From an uncultured delta proteobacterium (GTDB lineage: Bacteria; Myxococcota; Myxococcia; Myxococcales; 40CM-4-68-19), in the NCBI GenBank assembly GCA_903911145.1, contig CAIWCD010000002.1:186001-233726 (forward strand): a stretch of 47,726 nucleotides of DNA, written 5' to 3'. Below, in pieces: positions 1-9,123 of this stretch; the stretch's first letter is position 1; every line of letters begins with the position of its first letter. The translations under genes and the position numbers were made by a program. The notes beneath the pieces were generated by a model. It made no database searches. It saw nothing but the letters and a program-made list of their open reading frames with translations, and was not told where the DNA came from.

Positions 1-2
1 TG

Positions 3-605
3 GGCGATCAGCACATGGGACTGCAGGCCCGCCTGATGTCCCAGGCGCTGCGCAAGCTGACGGCAACCATTTCCAAGTCGAACACGACCGTCATCTTCAT
101 CAACCAGATCCGCATGAAGATCGGCGTCATGTTCGGCAACCCGGAGACGACGACGGGTGGCAACGCGCTCAAGTTCTACGCGAGCCAGCGGCTCGACATC
201 CGGCGCATCGGTGCTCTCAAGGACGGCGACACGGTGATCGGCTCGCGTACGCGCGTGAAGGTCGTCAAGAACAAGGTCGCGCCGCCGTTTCGCGAAGTGG
301 AGTTCGACATCCTCTACGGCCAGGGGATCTCGCGCGAGGGAGACGTGCTCGACCTCGCGGTGGAGAACAACATCATCGAGAAGAGCGGCGCCTGGTTCAG
401 CTACGGCGGCGAGCGGATCGGCCAGGGGCGAGAGAATTCGCGCGACTTCCTCAAGACGCACGTCCCGATGCTGGCCGAGGTCGAGGGCAAGCTGTTCGAG
501 AAGTTCGGGGTCAAGGCGCGCACTGCCGCCACGGGTGCGCCAGTGACGCAGCTGCCCGCGGCCGAGACGGACGACAAGCGCGCCCGCGTCAAGGCGGTCA
601 AGTAG
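3..605 (+). CDS. recA: Recombinase A, 5'-truncated by the window edge
   Basis: [44 protein letters not shown] and [11 protein letters not shown] are RecA signatures; the frame is open from position 3. Confidence 0.99.
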   Translation, partial: GDQHMGLQARLMSQALRKLTATISKSNTTVIFINQIRMKIGVMFGNPETTTGGNALKFYASQRLDIRRIGALKDGDTVIGSRTRVKVVKNKVAPPFREVEFDILYGQGISREGDVLDLAVENNIIEKSGAWFSYGGERIGQGRENSRDFLKTHVPMLAEVEGKLFEKFGVKARTAATGAPVTQLPAAETDDKRARVKAVK

Positions 606-607
606 CG

Positions 608-630
608 CGACAGAGAGTCGCTCTCTGTCG
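608..630 (+). terminator. Perfect hairpin just after the recA stop; possible terminator or stabiliser
   Basis: CGACAGAGAG-tcg-CTCTCTGTCG, 10-bp stem, no U-tract. Confidence 0.5.
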
Positions 631-681
631 GATCTCCGGCGCGCGCGGGAACACCCCGCGTCGTCGCCGGAGGGCAGCGCC

Positions 682-690
682 TGCTACAAT
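682..690 (+). promoter_or_regulatory. Extended -10 promoter element for the 769 gene
   Basis: TG-C-TACAAT matches TGnTATAAT with one mismatch. Confidence 0.45.
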
Positions 691-768
691 CGGACCCGGG
701 CAGGCGCGCCCGCGGGAGATGTTCGCATCGAAAGTCTTCTCTACCAGGGCCAGCAGGCAGCGCTTGAG

Positions 769-2142
769 GTGGGCTCGCGCGACTGGCTCCTTGCGGTGAT
801 CGGGGCGGTCGCGGCGGATCTTCCCCCGGCAGCGCCGCACCCGCCTCTCTCTCGACCGCAACGACGCGAAGCGCTCGAGGAGTTCCTGCGCGTGCGCGGG
901 CTCGCCTATGGCACGAGCGGATCCGATCCGGCCGTCCACCCCGACGCCTCCGCGAGCCCCGGTGCACAGGCTTTTTCCGCTCTCATCGCGGGCCTTGTGC
1001 GGACCTGCGCGCGCGCCGCCGTTCTCATTGGTGCCAATCACTTCGTTCGCGGAACACTCTCTGGGGATTCGCCGCAGATTCGCCGGACGCAGCTGCTCGC
1101 CCTCCTCGCGGCGAGCGGCGAGGAGAGCGCGAGCGCATCGGTGCTCTTCAATCGACCGCACGAAGCGGACGCCGCCAAGATCCAGCGCGTCGCAACGAAG
1201 GTCGCCGCGCGTCTCTCGAAGCGCTATTTCGCGGAAGGGGGTCCCGTCGCGGGCCTGCCTTTGCACAATGGGCTCTGCGCAATCGAGGTGCGCAACTGCG
1301 CGACGCTGGCGCTCGCATCGTTCAATCGCGGTCGACTTTCACCTGCAGGATGCCGCCTCGCGGCGCAAGCATCGCTGGCCTGGCGCGCCGTGCTCGTCGA
1401 ACTGCTCTCCGGTCTCTCGCGCACGCAGGAGCACGGCGAGGAGGCGCGGCGCGGATTCGATCAGGTCCTGCGCGCACAGAAGCTGCCTGCACGGGAGGCG
1501 CGACTTCTGCGACGAGCCCTCTCCGATCCGAGACCGCCCGAGCAGGTCGGCGCAGCGCTGGGAAGTCGGACACTGCGGACGTTCGCGCTCACGCACGCGC
1601 TGCTCGCGGCGCTCAGCGATCGCCACGTCGAGGCGGGAGAGGTCGCGTTCATCGAGCGGCTCGCGACCGCGCTGGGAATCGACGCGGGCGAGGCGGCCGC
1701 CCTCGAGCTCGCGGTCGACGATGTTCATCGGCAGAGCAAGGATGCGCGCGCCGCTCTGCGCCGCGCCGAGGTTCCGGAGGGGTTGCCGCGCGCGTTCGGC
1801 AGCCGCATCCAGGCCGCCGTGACCGACAACCTCGACCGGCTGATGCAAGAGATCCGCGAGACGGGTGAGCTGGCCGAGTTGCTCGCCAAGTCGGCCGGCG
1901 GCGCGACGCTCAACGCCGAGGAAAAGGCGAAGGTGCGCGAACAACTCATCGACCTCGCCAAGAGCATCCCGGCGCTCGCGGTGTTCGCCGTCCCGATGGG
2001 CGCGCTGCTGTTACCGATCCTCATCAAGCTTCTGCCCTTCAATCTCCTCCCGTCGAGCTTCACCGACGAGGGTCCACGGCTGGCGCTGCCTCCCCGTCGC
2101 CGCCCTCGACAACTGCCCGCCAGGAGCCCGCACCACAGTTGA
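769..2142 (+). CDS. Protein with a TerB-like segment and a C-terminal LETM1-like domain
   Basis: AALSDRHVEAGEVAFIERLATALGI resembles TerB. EEKAKVREQLIDLAKSIPALAVFAVPMGALLLPILIKLLPFNLLPSSF resembles the LETM1-related bacterial family. Start codon uncertain. Confidence 0.7.
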   Translation: MGSRDWLLAVIGAVAADLPPAAPHPPLSRPQRREALEEFLRVRGLAYGTSGSDPAVHPDASASPGAQAFSALIAGLVRTCARAAVLIGANHFVRGTLSGDSPQIRRTQLLALLAASGEESASASVLFNRPHEADAAKIQRVATKVAARLSKRYFAEGGPVAGLPLHNGLCAIEVRNCATLALASFNRGRLSPAGCRLAAQASLAWRAVLVELLSGLSRTQEHGEEARRGFDQVLRAQKLPAREARLLRRALSDPRPPEQVGAALGSRTLRTFALTHALLAALSDRHVEAGEVAFIERLATALGIDAGEAAALELAVDDVHRQSKDARAALRRAEVPEGLPRAFGSRIQAAVTDNLDRLMQEIRETGELAELLAKSAGGATLNAEEKAKVREQLIDLAKSIPALAVFAVPMGALLLPILIKLLPFNLLPSSFTDEGPRLALPPRRRPRQLPARSPHHS

Positions 2143-2158
2143 ATCACGACGTCGATCG

Positions 2159-2186
2159 TTGACTCCTGCTCCCGCTGCATTACGTT
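2159..2186 (+). promoter_or_regulatory. Putative dnaJ promoter
   Basis: TTGACT-N16-TACGTT; same architecture as upstream of hsp20. Confidence 0.5.
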
Positions 2187-2239
2187 CCCGCGGTTTCCCT
2201 GAGCGCCTGTGACGGCGCCGCCGCCAGAGGTGCGAAGCT

Positions 2240-3406
2240 GTGAAGCGCGACTATTACGAAGTGCTCGGCGCGGCGAAGAGCGCCACGCCGCAAGAGCTCA
2301 AGAGCGCCTACCGCAAGCTCGCGCTGCAGTTCCACCCCGACAAGAACCCGGGCGACGCGTCCGCCGAGGAGAAGTTCAAGGAGTGCACCGAGGCGTACGA
2401 GGTGCTCTCCGACCCCGAGAAGCGCGCGCGCTACGACCGCTTCGGCCACCAGGCGCCCGGCGGATTCGGCGCGGGCGGCGGCTTCTCCGGCGAGGGGTTC
2501 GGGAACATCAACGACATCTTCGGCGACATCTTCGGCGAGATCTTCGGCGGTGCCGGCGGCGGCGGTGGGCGTGGTCGGCAGCGCAACGGCGGGCGCTCGC
2601 GCGGCTCGGACCTCCGCTACAATCTCTCGATCGGCTTCACCGACGCAGCCTTCGGGACCGAGGCGAAGATCAAGATCCCGCGCCACCGCAACTGCGACGC
2701 ATGCAAGGGCCTCGGCGCCCGCGCGGGCACGACAGCCAAGACCTGCCCGACCTGCCACGGTGCGGGCGAGTTGCGCATGACGCAGGGCTTCTTCCAGATC
2801 AGCCGCACCTGCGCGCAGTGCACCGGGTCCGGCAAGGTGATCACCGATCCGTGCCAGACCTGCCGCGGCCAGGGAAAGGTCGCGAGCGAGACGACGCTGA
2901 CCGTGAAGATCCCGCCGGGCGTCGACACGGGGACGCGGCTCAAGCTGACGGGCGAGGGAGAGCCGGGAGAACGCGGCGGGCCGGCCGGCGATCTCTACGT
3001 CGTCGTGCAGGTCGAGGAGCACCCGATCTTCGTGCGCGAGGACACCGAAGTGATCTGCGAGATCCCGGTGAGCTTCACGCAGGCCGCGCTCGGCGCGACG
3101 ATCGAAGTGCCGACGCTCGACGGCAAGGTGCGCATGAAGGTTCCCTCCGGCTCGCAGAGCGGCAAGATCTTCCGCCTCAAGGGCAAGGGCTTTCCTGCGC
3201 TCGGCGGCAGCGCACAGCGCGGCGATCAGCACGTCCGCGTGACGGTCGAAGTGCCCTCGAGCCTGAACAAGAAGCAGCGCGACCTCCTCGAGCAGTTCGC
3301 GGCGATCAGCGGCGAGGACGCGCACCCGCAGGCCAAGAGCTTCTTCGCCAAGGTGCGTGAGCTGTTCGGCAACGAGGCCGCGGCCGACGACGCTGCGAAT
3401 TCCTAG
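2240..3406 (+). CDS. dnaJ: Chaperone DnaJ
   Basis: J domain with HPD, G/F-rich region with DIF repeats, four CxxCxGxG zinc motifs and the C-terminal domain. Confidence 0.99.
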   Translation: MKRDYYEVLGAAKSATPQELKSAYRKLALQFHPDKNPGDASAEEKFKECTEAYEVLSDPEKRARYDRFGHQAPGGFGAGGGFSGEGFGNINDIFGDIFGEIFGGAGGGGGRGRQRNGGRSRGSDLRYNLSIGFTDAAFGTEAKIKIPRHRNCDACKGLGARAGTTAKTCPTCHGAGELRMTQGFFQISRTCAQCTGSGKVITDPCQTCRGQGKVASETTLTVKIPPGVDTGTRLKLTGEGEPGERGGPAGDLYVVVQVEEHPIFVREDTEVICEIPVSFTQAALGATIEVPTLDGKVRMKVPSGSQSGKIFRLKGKGFPALGGSAQRGDQHVRVTVEVPSSLNKKQRDLLEQFAAISGEDAHPQAKSFFAKVRELFGNEAAADDAANS

Positions 3407-3432
3407 ACAGCACGCGGGCCCTCTCTTCCGCG

Positions 3433-5100
3433 ATGAGCGATCCAGCTCCGACAGTCTCGCGACGCACGGAAGCGCTCGCGCTCACGGGTGCTGTCGCGCT
3501 GTTCGTGCTGCTCGCCAGCTTGCGAGCCCGCAACCATCCCGTCCCGTTCTACGACGACGTCGCCTACCTCGACCTCTCTGCGCGCATCCGCGAATCGGGC
3601 GGGCTCTCCGCGCTGATCGACGGCCTCTTTCGCGGGAGCTGGCCCGAGGACAATCGCAACCCGCTCTACCTCGCGCTGCTCTCTGTTTTCGCGGGCCGCG
3701 ACCCCGCGTTCCACGTTCGTGCGCAGGTGCTCGGAGTCGCGCTGGGCGCGGCTGCGCTCGTCGCCTCCTGGTGGTGCGCGCGGCGTCTCTTCGGCGCCCG
3801 GACAGCCATCGCGATCGCCGTCCTGCTCGCGGCCAGCGAGACGCTCGTCGCCTGGAGTTCGCGCGAGGCCTGCGAGCCTCTCCTGCTCGTCTTCGCCGCG
3901 CTCGCGTTCGAGCGGTTGCTGCGCGATGGCCCCTCCGTGCGCGCGCTTTTTCTCGGCGGCCTCTTCGCCGGATTCGCGCAACTCACCAAGGGCACCGGGA
4001 TCTTCATCGCCGTCGCCGCGTGCGCCGCGATTTGCTGCGAGGGGCTGCGCGACCGCGCCCAGCCTGCATCTGCGCGATTCGTCTCGGCCGCATCGCGGGT
4101 CGCGTGCGTGCTCGCGGGCCTCGTGCTCGGAGGCCTGCCCCTCTTCGTGCGCAACGTGCGGCGCTTCCATTCGCCGCTGCACAACATCAACGATCGGTTT
4201 CTCTGGATCGATCCGCTCGACGACTTCTCCGAGATCTTTGCGCCGGGTGCGCTCGCGCGGCTCGACCGCGGACCTCTCGCGTATCTGCACGCGCTCACGC
4301 CCGGCAAGGCCGCCTTGCGCCTCGGTCGCGGCCTCGGCGAGACGCTGGTGCATCTCGGCGACTCGCTCAGCCTCGTCTCGCCGCATCCGTTCGGCCCCGT
4401 GCACATCGGCTGGCTCGCGCTGGGGATCCTCGCGGCAGCGCTCTCGGTGCGCCTCGTCGTGAAGTGGCCGCCCGGCTTTCAGCGCACCTTCTTCCTCGCG
4501 CACGCGGCTCTCATGTTCGCCTTCTTCGTCTTCTACAACGCCGTCAGCGGCTCCTCGCGCTACCTGATGCCGCTCGCGCTGGCGCTGCTCTTTCCGCTCG
4601 GACGAGAGCTGGCTTCGCGGCGCGAATGGCAGAAGCGCGTGGCCTTTGCGATCACACTCGCGGTGCTGGTCGCGACGGTTGGCGCACCCGACGAGCATCT
4701 GGCGCCGCCCGGATTTCTCGCCACGTTCGATGCGATCCGCGCGCGCGTCGGGCCGGGCGAGGCCTTCGCTGTCGATTCGCGCAGCCGCTTCCAGCCCTAC
4801 TGGGCGATGGATCCGCGCGTGCGGATGGAGATCGTTTCGACGAGTTGGGCCGGCAAGCTGCTGCCCTCGTCCGAGCAGCTCGCCGAGTTGCGCGCGCGCG
4901 GCGTGCGCTTCGTCGTTCTCGATGGAACCTCGCGCAAGGATGAGGAGGCGCGCTGGTTCTTCGCGAACGAGCTTCCGCTGCTCGCGGACGGCTCGCTGCC
5001 GCTGGCGCCGCTGCCGGCGGGACTGCACATCGCCTGGGCCGATCCCGGCACGCCGCGGCGATTCTTGCTGCTCGAGTTGGGTGAGCCCACGGCGCAGTAG
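3433..5100 (+). CDS. Polytopic membrane glycosyltransferase, GT-C fold (ArnT/PMT-like)
   Basis: First TM helix followed by a YDD-x-x-Y acidic motif, NPLY motif, many TM helices, LTKGTG and SSRYLMP motifs. Confidence 0.7.
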   Translation: MSDPAPTVSRRTEALALTGAVALFVLLASLRARNHPVPFYDDVAYLDLSARIRESGGLSALIDGLFRGSWPEDNRNPLYLALLSVFAGRDPAFHVRAQVLGVALGAAALVASWWCARRLFGARTAIAIAVLLAASETLVAWSSREACEPLLLVFAALAFERLLRDGPSVRALFLGGLFAGFAQLTKGTGIFIAVAACAAICCEGLRDRAQPASARFVSAASRVACVLAGLVLGGLPLFVRNVRRFHSPLHNINDRFLWIDPLDDFSEIFAPGALARLDRGPLAYLHALTPGKAALRLGRGLGETLVHLGDSLSLVSPHPFGPVHIGWLALGILAAALSVRLVVKWPPGFQRTFFLAHAALMFAFFVFYNAVSGSSRYLMPLALALLFPLGRELASRREWQKRVAFAITLAVLVATVGAPDEHLAPPGFLATFDAIRARVGPGEAFAVDSRSRFQPYWAMDPRVRMEIVSTSWAGKLLPSSEQLAELRARGVRFVVLDGTSRKDEEARWFFANELPLLADGSLPLAPLPAGLHIAWADPGTPRRFLLLELGEPTAQ

Positions 5101-5113
5101 ACGCCGCGCGATC

Positions 5114-6634
5114 TCAGTGGGAGAGGATCGGCAGGCGCGACCGTTTGGGCTGCGACGCGGCCGTCTCCATCGGAATGCGCGCATCGGGCGTGACGAGCGA
5201 GGCTCCGCCCGCAAGACGGGAGCCGATCATCTGCACCGGACCGTCTGCGCCCTCGATGCCGCCGACGAGATCGTAGTCTCCCGCCTGCTCGATGAGGACG
5301 CGGACGATCTCACCCGGACGGGCGCGGCCACGATTGACGTAGACCTTGCCGTCGATCTCCGGCGCCTGTCCCATCCAGCGGCCCTCGAGCAGCAGATCGC
5401 TCTCGCTCGACACGCCCTCGATGAGCACGTCGAGCGTCTTGCCGACGAGCGCGGCCTGGTGCGCGCGCGAGATCTTGCGCTGGAGGTTCATCAGCTTCTT
5501 CTGGCGAGCGGCCTTGGTGCGCTGCGGAAGCTGTCCGTCGAGATCGTACGAGGGCGTACCTTCCTCTCGCGAGAAGGCGAAGACGCCGACCTTGTCGAAG
5601 CGCGTCTCCTCGACGAACTCGCAGAGTTGCTCGAAATCCTCCTCCGTCTCTCCGGGAAATCCGACGATGAAGCTCGAGCGAAACGTGAGATCCGGCACGC
5701 GGTCGCGGATCTTCTTCACCAGCTTGCGAACCCACGCGGCGTCGCGTCCACGCTTCATCCGGCGCAGCACCGGATCGGCGATGTGCTGCAGAGGCATGTC
5801 GAGGTAGCGCGCAAGATTCGGCTGCTTTGCAAGCGCATCGATCAGCGCATCGGGAAACTCGCGCGGATAGGCGTAGTGCAGACGGATCCAGCGCGCGGGC
5901 ACATCGGCCAGCGCCTGCAGCAGATCGTGCAGCTTCGGCCGACCGGGGAGATCGTGGCCGTACGCGGTGAGATCCTGCGCGACGAGATTCAACTCCTGCG
6001 CGCCGGCGGCCACAAGGCGTTCGCACTCGATCACGACGTCCTTGATCGGCCGGCTTCTCTGCGCACCGCGCAGAGTCGGGATGATGCAGAACGTGCAGGC
6101 GTTGTCGCAGCCCTCGCTGATTTTCACGTAGGCGGTGTAGGCCGGCATCGAGTTGCGGCGCGGCGTCTTGCTGTCGGCGATGAAGTGCGGATCAGGCAGC
6201 ACCGCGCGGTCGCGCGCACCGCGGATGATCTCGGCGATCTGCGGATAGCCCGACGTACCGACGAAGTAGTCGACCTCGGGCATCTCGGCCTGCAGCACGT
6301 CCGCGTAACGCTGCGTCAGGCAGCCCGCGACCACCAGCGCCTTGCACGTCCCGCGCTCCTTGTAGGCCGCGTGCTCGAGGATGGCGTCGATCGACTCCTG
6401 CTTCGCCTCGCCGATGAACGCGCACGAGTTGATGAGGATGACCTCGGCGTTGTCTGGCTCCTGCACCAGCTCGTAACCCTGGTCGAGCAGCGTGCCGAGC
6501 ATCACTTCACTGTCGACGCGGTTCTTCGGACAACCGAGCGAGAGCAGGTAGAGCGACGGCCGCGCCGAGAGCTGCGGCTTGACGTGTTCGCTGACAACCA
6601 CGGGTTCGGTGCGCTTGCGATTCGGAGGCGACAT
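5114..6634 (-). CDS. rimO: Ribosomal protein S12 methylthiotransferase RimO
   Basis: SLGCPKNRVDSE, NSCAFI, radical SAM GCDNACTFC, C-terminal TRAM domain with APEIDG. Confidence 0.97.
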   Translation of the reverse strand: MSPPNRKRTEPVVVSEHVKPQLSARPSLYLLSLGCPKNRVDSEVMLGTLLDQGYELVQEPDNAEVILINSCAFIGEAKQESIDAILEHAAYKERGTCKALVVAGCLTQRYADVLQAEMPEVDYFVGTSGYPQIAEIIRGARDRAVLPDPHFIADSKTPRRNSMPAYTAYVKISEGCDNACTFCIIPTLRGAQRSRPIKDVVIECERLVAAGAQELNLVAQDLTAYGHDLPGRPKLHDLLQALADVPARWIRLHYAYPREFPDALIDALAKQPNLARYLDMPLQHIADPVLRRMKRGRDAAWVRKLVKKIRDRVPDLTFRSSFIVGFPGETEEDFEQLCEFVEETRFDKVGVFAFSREEGTPSYDLDGQLPQRTKAARQKKLMNLQRKISRAHQAALVGKTLDVLIEGVSSESDLLLEGRWMGQAPEIDGKVYVNRGRARPGEIVRVLIEQAGDYDLVGGIEGADGPVQMIGSRLAGGASLVTPDARIPMETAASQPKRSRLPILSH

Positions 6635-6734
6635 CGTGTGCAGCTCGTTTCGTCTACCTGGACAGGCCGTACGCGGCCCGCGGGGAGGCGGCTTCTAGCA
6701 GAGGCGAGGCCGGCGACTCAAAGCGGGCGACGCA

Positions 6735-7139
6735 TCAGATCAGTTCTGCCTTGAAGCGCAGAGGTACCGGAGCGCGCGAAACACCAGACGCCGCGCCGCC
6801 TGCAGCAGGATGGAGCGCCGCGATCGCCGCCAGCGCCACGCCACCCTTGACGACGCCGTGCGCGACCCCGTGAGCCACCCACGCCCCATCCTCGAGCCGC
6901 TCGACGTTGAAGCGAACCGTCCGCCCCTCGAGCGCGACCCCTTCGATCCGCATCGAGAGCTCGCCCTTGTGCGCGGTCGTGACCGGCTGCAACCCGTCAG
7001 CCCAGGCCGGGCTCTTGAGCTTGGCCTTCGATGACAACAGCTCGATGACCGAGCTGGTGATCTCCTGCCCGTCGGGCGCCCGGACACGAAGGCGATACCG
7101 CTTTGCCGCGCCGCCTGCTGCTCTGTCTGCATCGCCCAT
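6735..7139 (-). CDS. Hypothetical protein, about 134 aa
   Basis: ATG at 7139 preceded by a GGAGG SD; fills the yajQ-rimO gap on the same strand; no family recognised. Confidence 0.55.
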   Translation of the reverse strand: MGDADRAAGGAAKRYRLRVRAPDGQEITSSVIELLSSKAKLKSPAWADGLQPVTTAHKGELSMRIEGVALEGRTVRFNVERLEDGAWVAHGVAHGVVKGGVALAAIAALHPAAGGAASGVSRAPVPLRFKAELI

Positions 7140-7232
7140 TTCGCCTCCGCACGCGCAGGCACTCTCCGCGCGACACACTGGTTCTACGGGCTCCCGGGCC
7201 CCGATGGCAACGGCCGGGCCTGGCGCTGCGCG

Positions 7233-7733
7233 CTAATCGCGGAAGTTCTCGAAGCCCACATCGACGTCGAGCGACTCGCTGTTCGAGCGCACCAGTTGCA
7301 TCGCGGCCTGCAGATCGTCGCGGTTCTTCCCAGAGACCCGGACGCTGTCGCCCTGGATCGCGCCCTGCACCTTGGTCTTCGAATCCTTGATCAGCTTGAC
7401 GATCGCCTTCGCCTTCTCCACCTCGAGGCCGCTCTGGAAGGTGATCAGCTGCAGCTGGTTCTTGCCGCTCTGCTCGACTTTTCCGTACTTCACCGAGCGA
7501 AGGCTTATGCCCCGCTTGGCGAGCTTGGTCACGACGATCTCGCGCGCCGCATCGAGGCGGGCCACCTCGCTGCTCTTGAGGCGGATGCCGTTTTCCTTTT
7601 CTGTCTGGACGCGCTCGACGCCAGTGTCGGTGCCCTTGAAGTCGTAGCGCTGGTCGATCTCCTTCTTCGCCTGCTGGAAGGCGTTGTCGACCTCTTGCAT
7701 GTTCACGGATGAGACGATGTCGAAGGACGGCAT
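7233..7733 (-). CDS. yajQ: YajQ family nucleotide/c-di-GMP-binding protein
   Basis: MPSFDIVS, QRYDFKG, IQGDSVRVSGKNRDDLQ and FENFRD; AGGAGAA SD upstream of ATG 7733. Confidence 0.97.
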   Translation of the reverse strand: MPSFDIVSSVNMQEVDNAFQQAKKEIDQRYDFKGTDTGVERVQTEKENGIRLKSSEVARLDAAREIVVTKLAKRGISLRSVKYGKVEQSGKNQLQLITFQSGLEVEKAKAIVKLIKDSKTKVQGAIQGDSVRVSGKNRDDLQAAMQLVRSNSESLDVDVGFENFRD

Positions 7734-7747
7734 GTGCGTTTTCTCCT

Positions 7748-9100
7748 CTAGGCTTTGACGATGCGGACGTCGCTGATCTTGCCGCAGGCGTTGCGCGTGT
7801 CGATGACGAGCTTCGACTGCTTCACGACGCGCACGTAGTCGATCGCACTGTGCGCCGTCACGATCAAGGTCACATCTGCGGCGCCGAGCTCCTCGTCGGT
7901 GAGCGGCACCGAGGCCATCTGCAGATCGCCGTGGCGACGCGTGCGTGGCAGCCGCGGAATGTAGGGGTCGTGATAGCGCACGACCGCGCCCTTCTCTTCG
8001 AGCAGCTCGAGAATTTCCAGCGCCGGACTCTCGCGCACGTCGTCGATGTCGGCCTTGTAGGCCGCGCCCAGCATGAGCACGCGCGCGCCGCGCAGCGCCC
8101 GCGGAGCAAAGATGGGCGCGGAGTTTTCGAGCGGCGGATCGTTGAGCGCGTGCATCATCCGCTCGATCACGTGGTGCGGCATCGCGGTGTTGATCTCGCC
8201 CGCGAGCTCGATGAAGCGCGTGGCAAAGCCGAACTCTCGCGCCTTCCACGTCAGATAGAACGGGTCGATTGGAATGCAGTGTCCGCCGAGACCGGGGCCG
8301 GGGCGGAACGGCATGAAGCCGAACGGCTTGGTCGCCGCCGCGTCGATCACCTCCCAGACATCGATGCCCATCTTCTCGCAGAGCAGCTTGAGCTCATTGA
8401 CGAGCGCGATGTTGACCGCGCGGAAGATGTTCTCGAGCAGCTTCGTCAACTCGGCCGCGCGCGACGAGGAGACCGGCACGACCTTCTGCACGGCCGCTCG
8501 ATAGAGCGCCTCGGACGCGGCGCGGCTCTCCGGATCATCCGCGCCAACGACCTTCGGGATCGTGCTCGTCACGAAGTGCGCGTTGCCCGGATCTTCGCGC
8601 TCAGGAGAGAACGCGAGCAGCACGTCCTGCGGCACGCGCAGGCCCGCGCGCTCGATGATCGGCCGGACGATCTCGTCGGTCGTTCCCGGCCAGGTGGTGC
8701 TCTCGAGCACGAGCAGCTTGCCCGGCGTGAGATGCGGCGCGAGCGCTTCGCAGGTGTTGATGATGAACGAGAGATCCGGCTCGCGCTGCTTGTTGAGCGG
8801 CGTCGGCACGCAGACCACCAGCGCATCGCACGCGCGCGCCCGAGACATATCTCCCGTCGCGGTGAGCCGCCCCGTCGCGAGCGCCCCCTGAATTTCAGCG
8901 GCCGAGATGTGCTTCAAGTACGTCTCGCCCGCGAGCAGCTTGCGCGGCTTTTCCGGATCGATGTCGAGACCGATCACGTTGAGCCCGCCGCGGGCAAACG
9001 CAAGCGCCAGCGGCAATCCGACATAGCCGAGGCCGACCACGCCCACGCAGGCCTGACGCGCAACCAACCGCTCGATCAACTTCGCTGTCGGACTCTGCAT
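7748..9100 (-). CDS. Nucleotide-sugar dehydrogenase (UDP-GlcNAc 6-dehydrogenase, WbpA-like)
   Basis: GLGYVG Rossmann motif, CVPTP, LESTTWPGTT, FSPERE and catalytic GGHCIPIDP; GAAAGGGAG SD before ATG 9100. Confidence 0.92.
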   Translation of the reverse strand: MQSPTAKLIERLVARQACVGVVGLGYVGLPLALAFARGGLNVIGLDIDPEKPRKLLAGETYLKHISAAEIQGALATGRLTATGDMSRARACDALVVCVPTPLNKQREPDLSFIINTCEALAPHLTPGKLLVLESTTWPGTTDEIVRPIIERAGLRVPQDVLLAFSPEREDPGNAHFVTSTIPKVVGADDPESRAASEALYRAAVQKVVPVSSSRAAELTKLLENIFRAVNIALVNELKLLCEKMGIDVWEVIDAAATKPFGFMPFRPGPGLGGHCIPIDPFYLTWKAREFGFATRFIELAGEINTAMPHHVIERMMHALNDPPLENSAPIFAPRALRGARVLMLGAAYKADIDDVRESPALEILELLEEKGAVVRYHDPYIPRLPRTRRHGDLQMASVPLTDEELGAADVTLIVTAHSAIDYVRVVKQSKLVIDTRNACGKISDVRIVKA

Positions 9101-9123
9101 CGGACTCCCTTTCGTCTCGCCGC

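Noticed and set aside
7734..8249. N-terminal extension of the yajQ ORF
   Set aside because: It overlaps the dehydrogenase gene; the canonical MPSFD start has its own SD.
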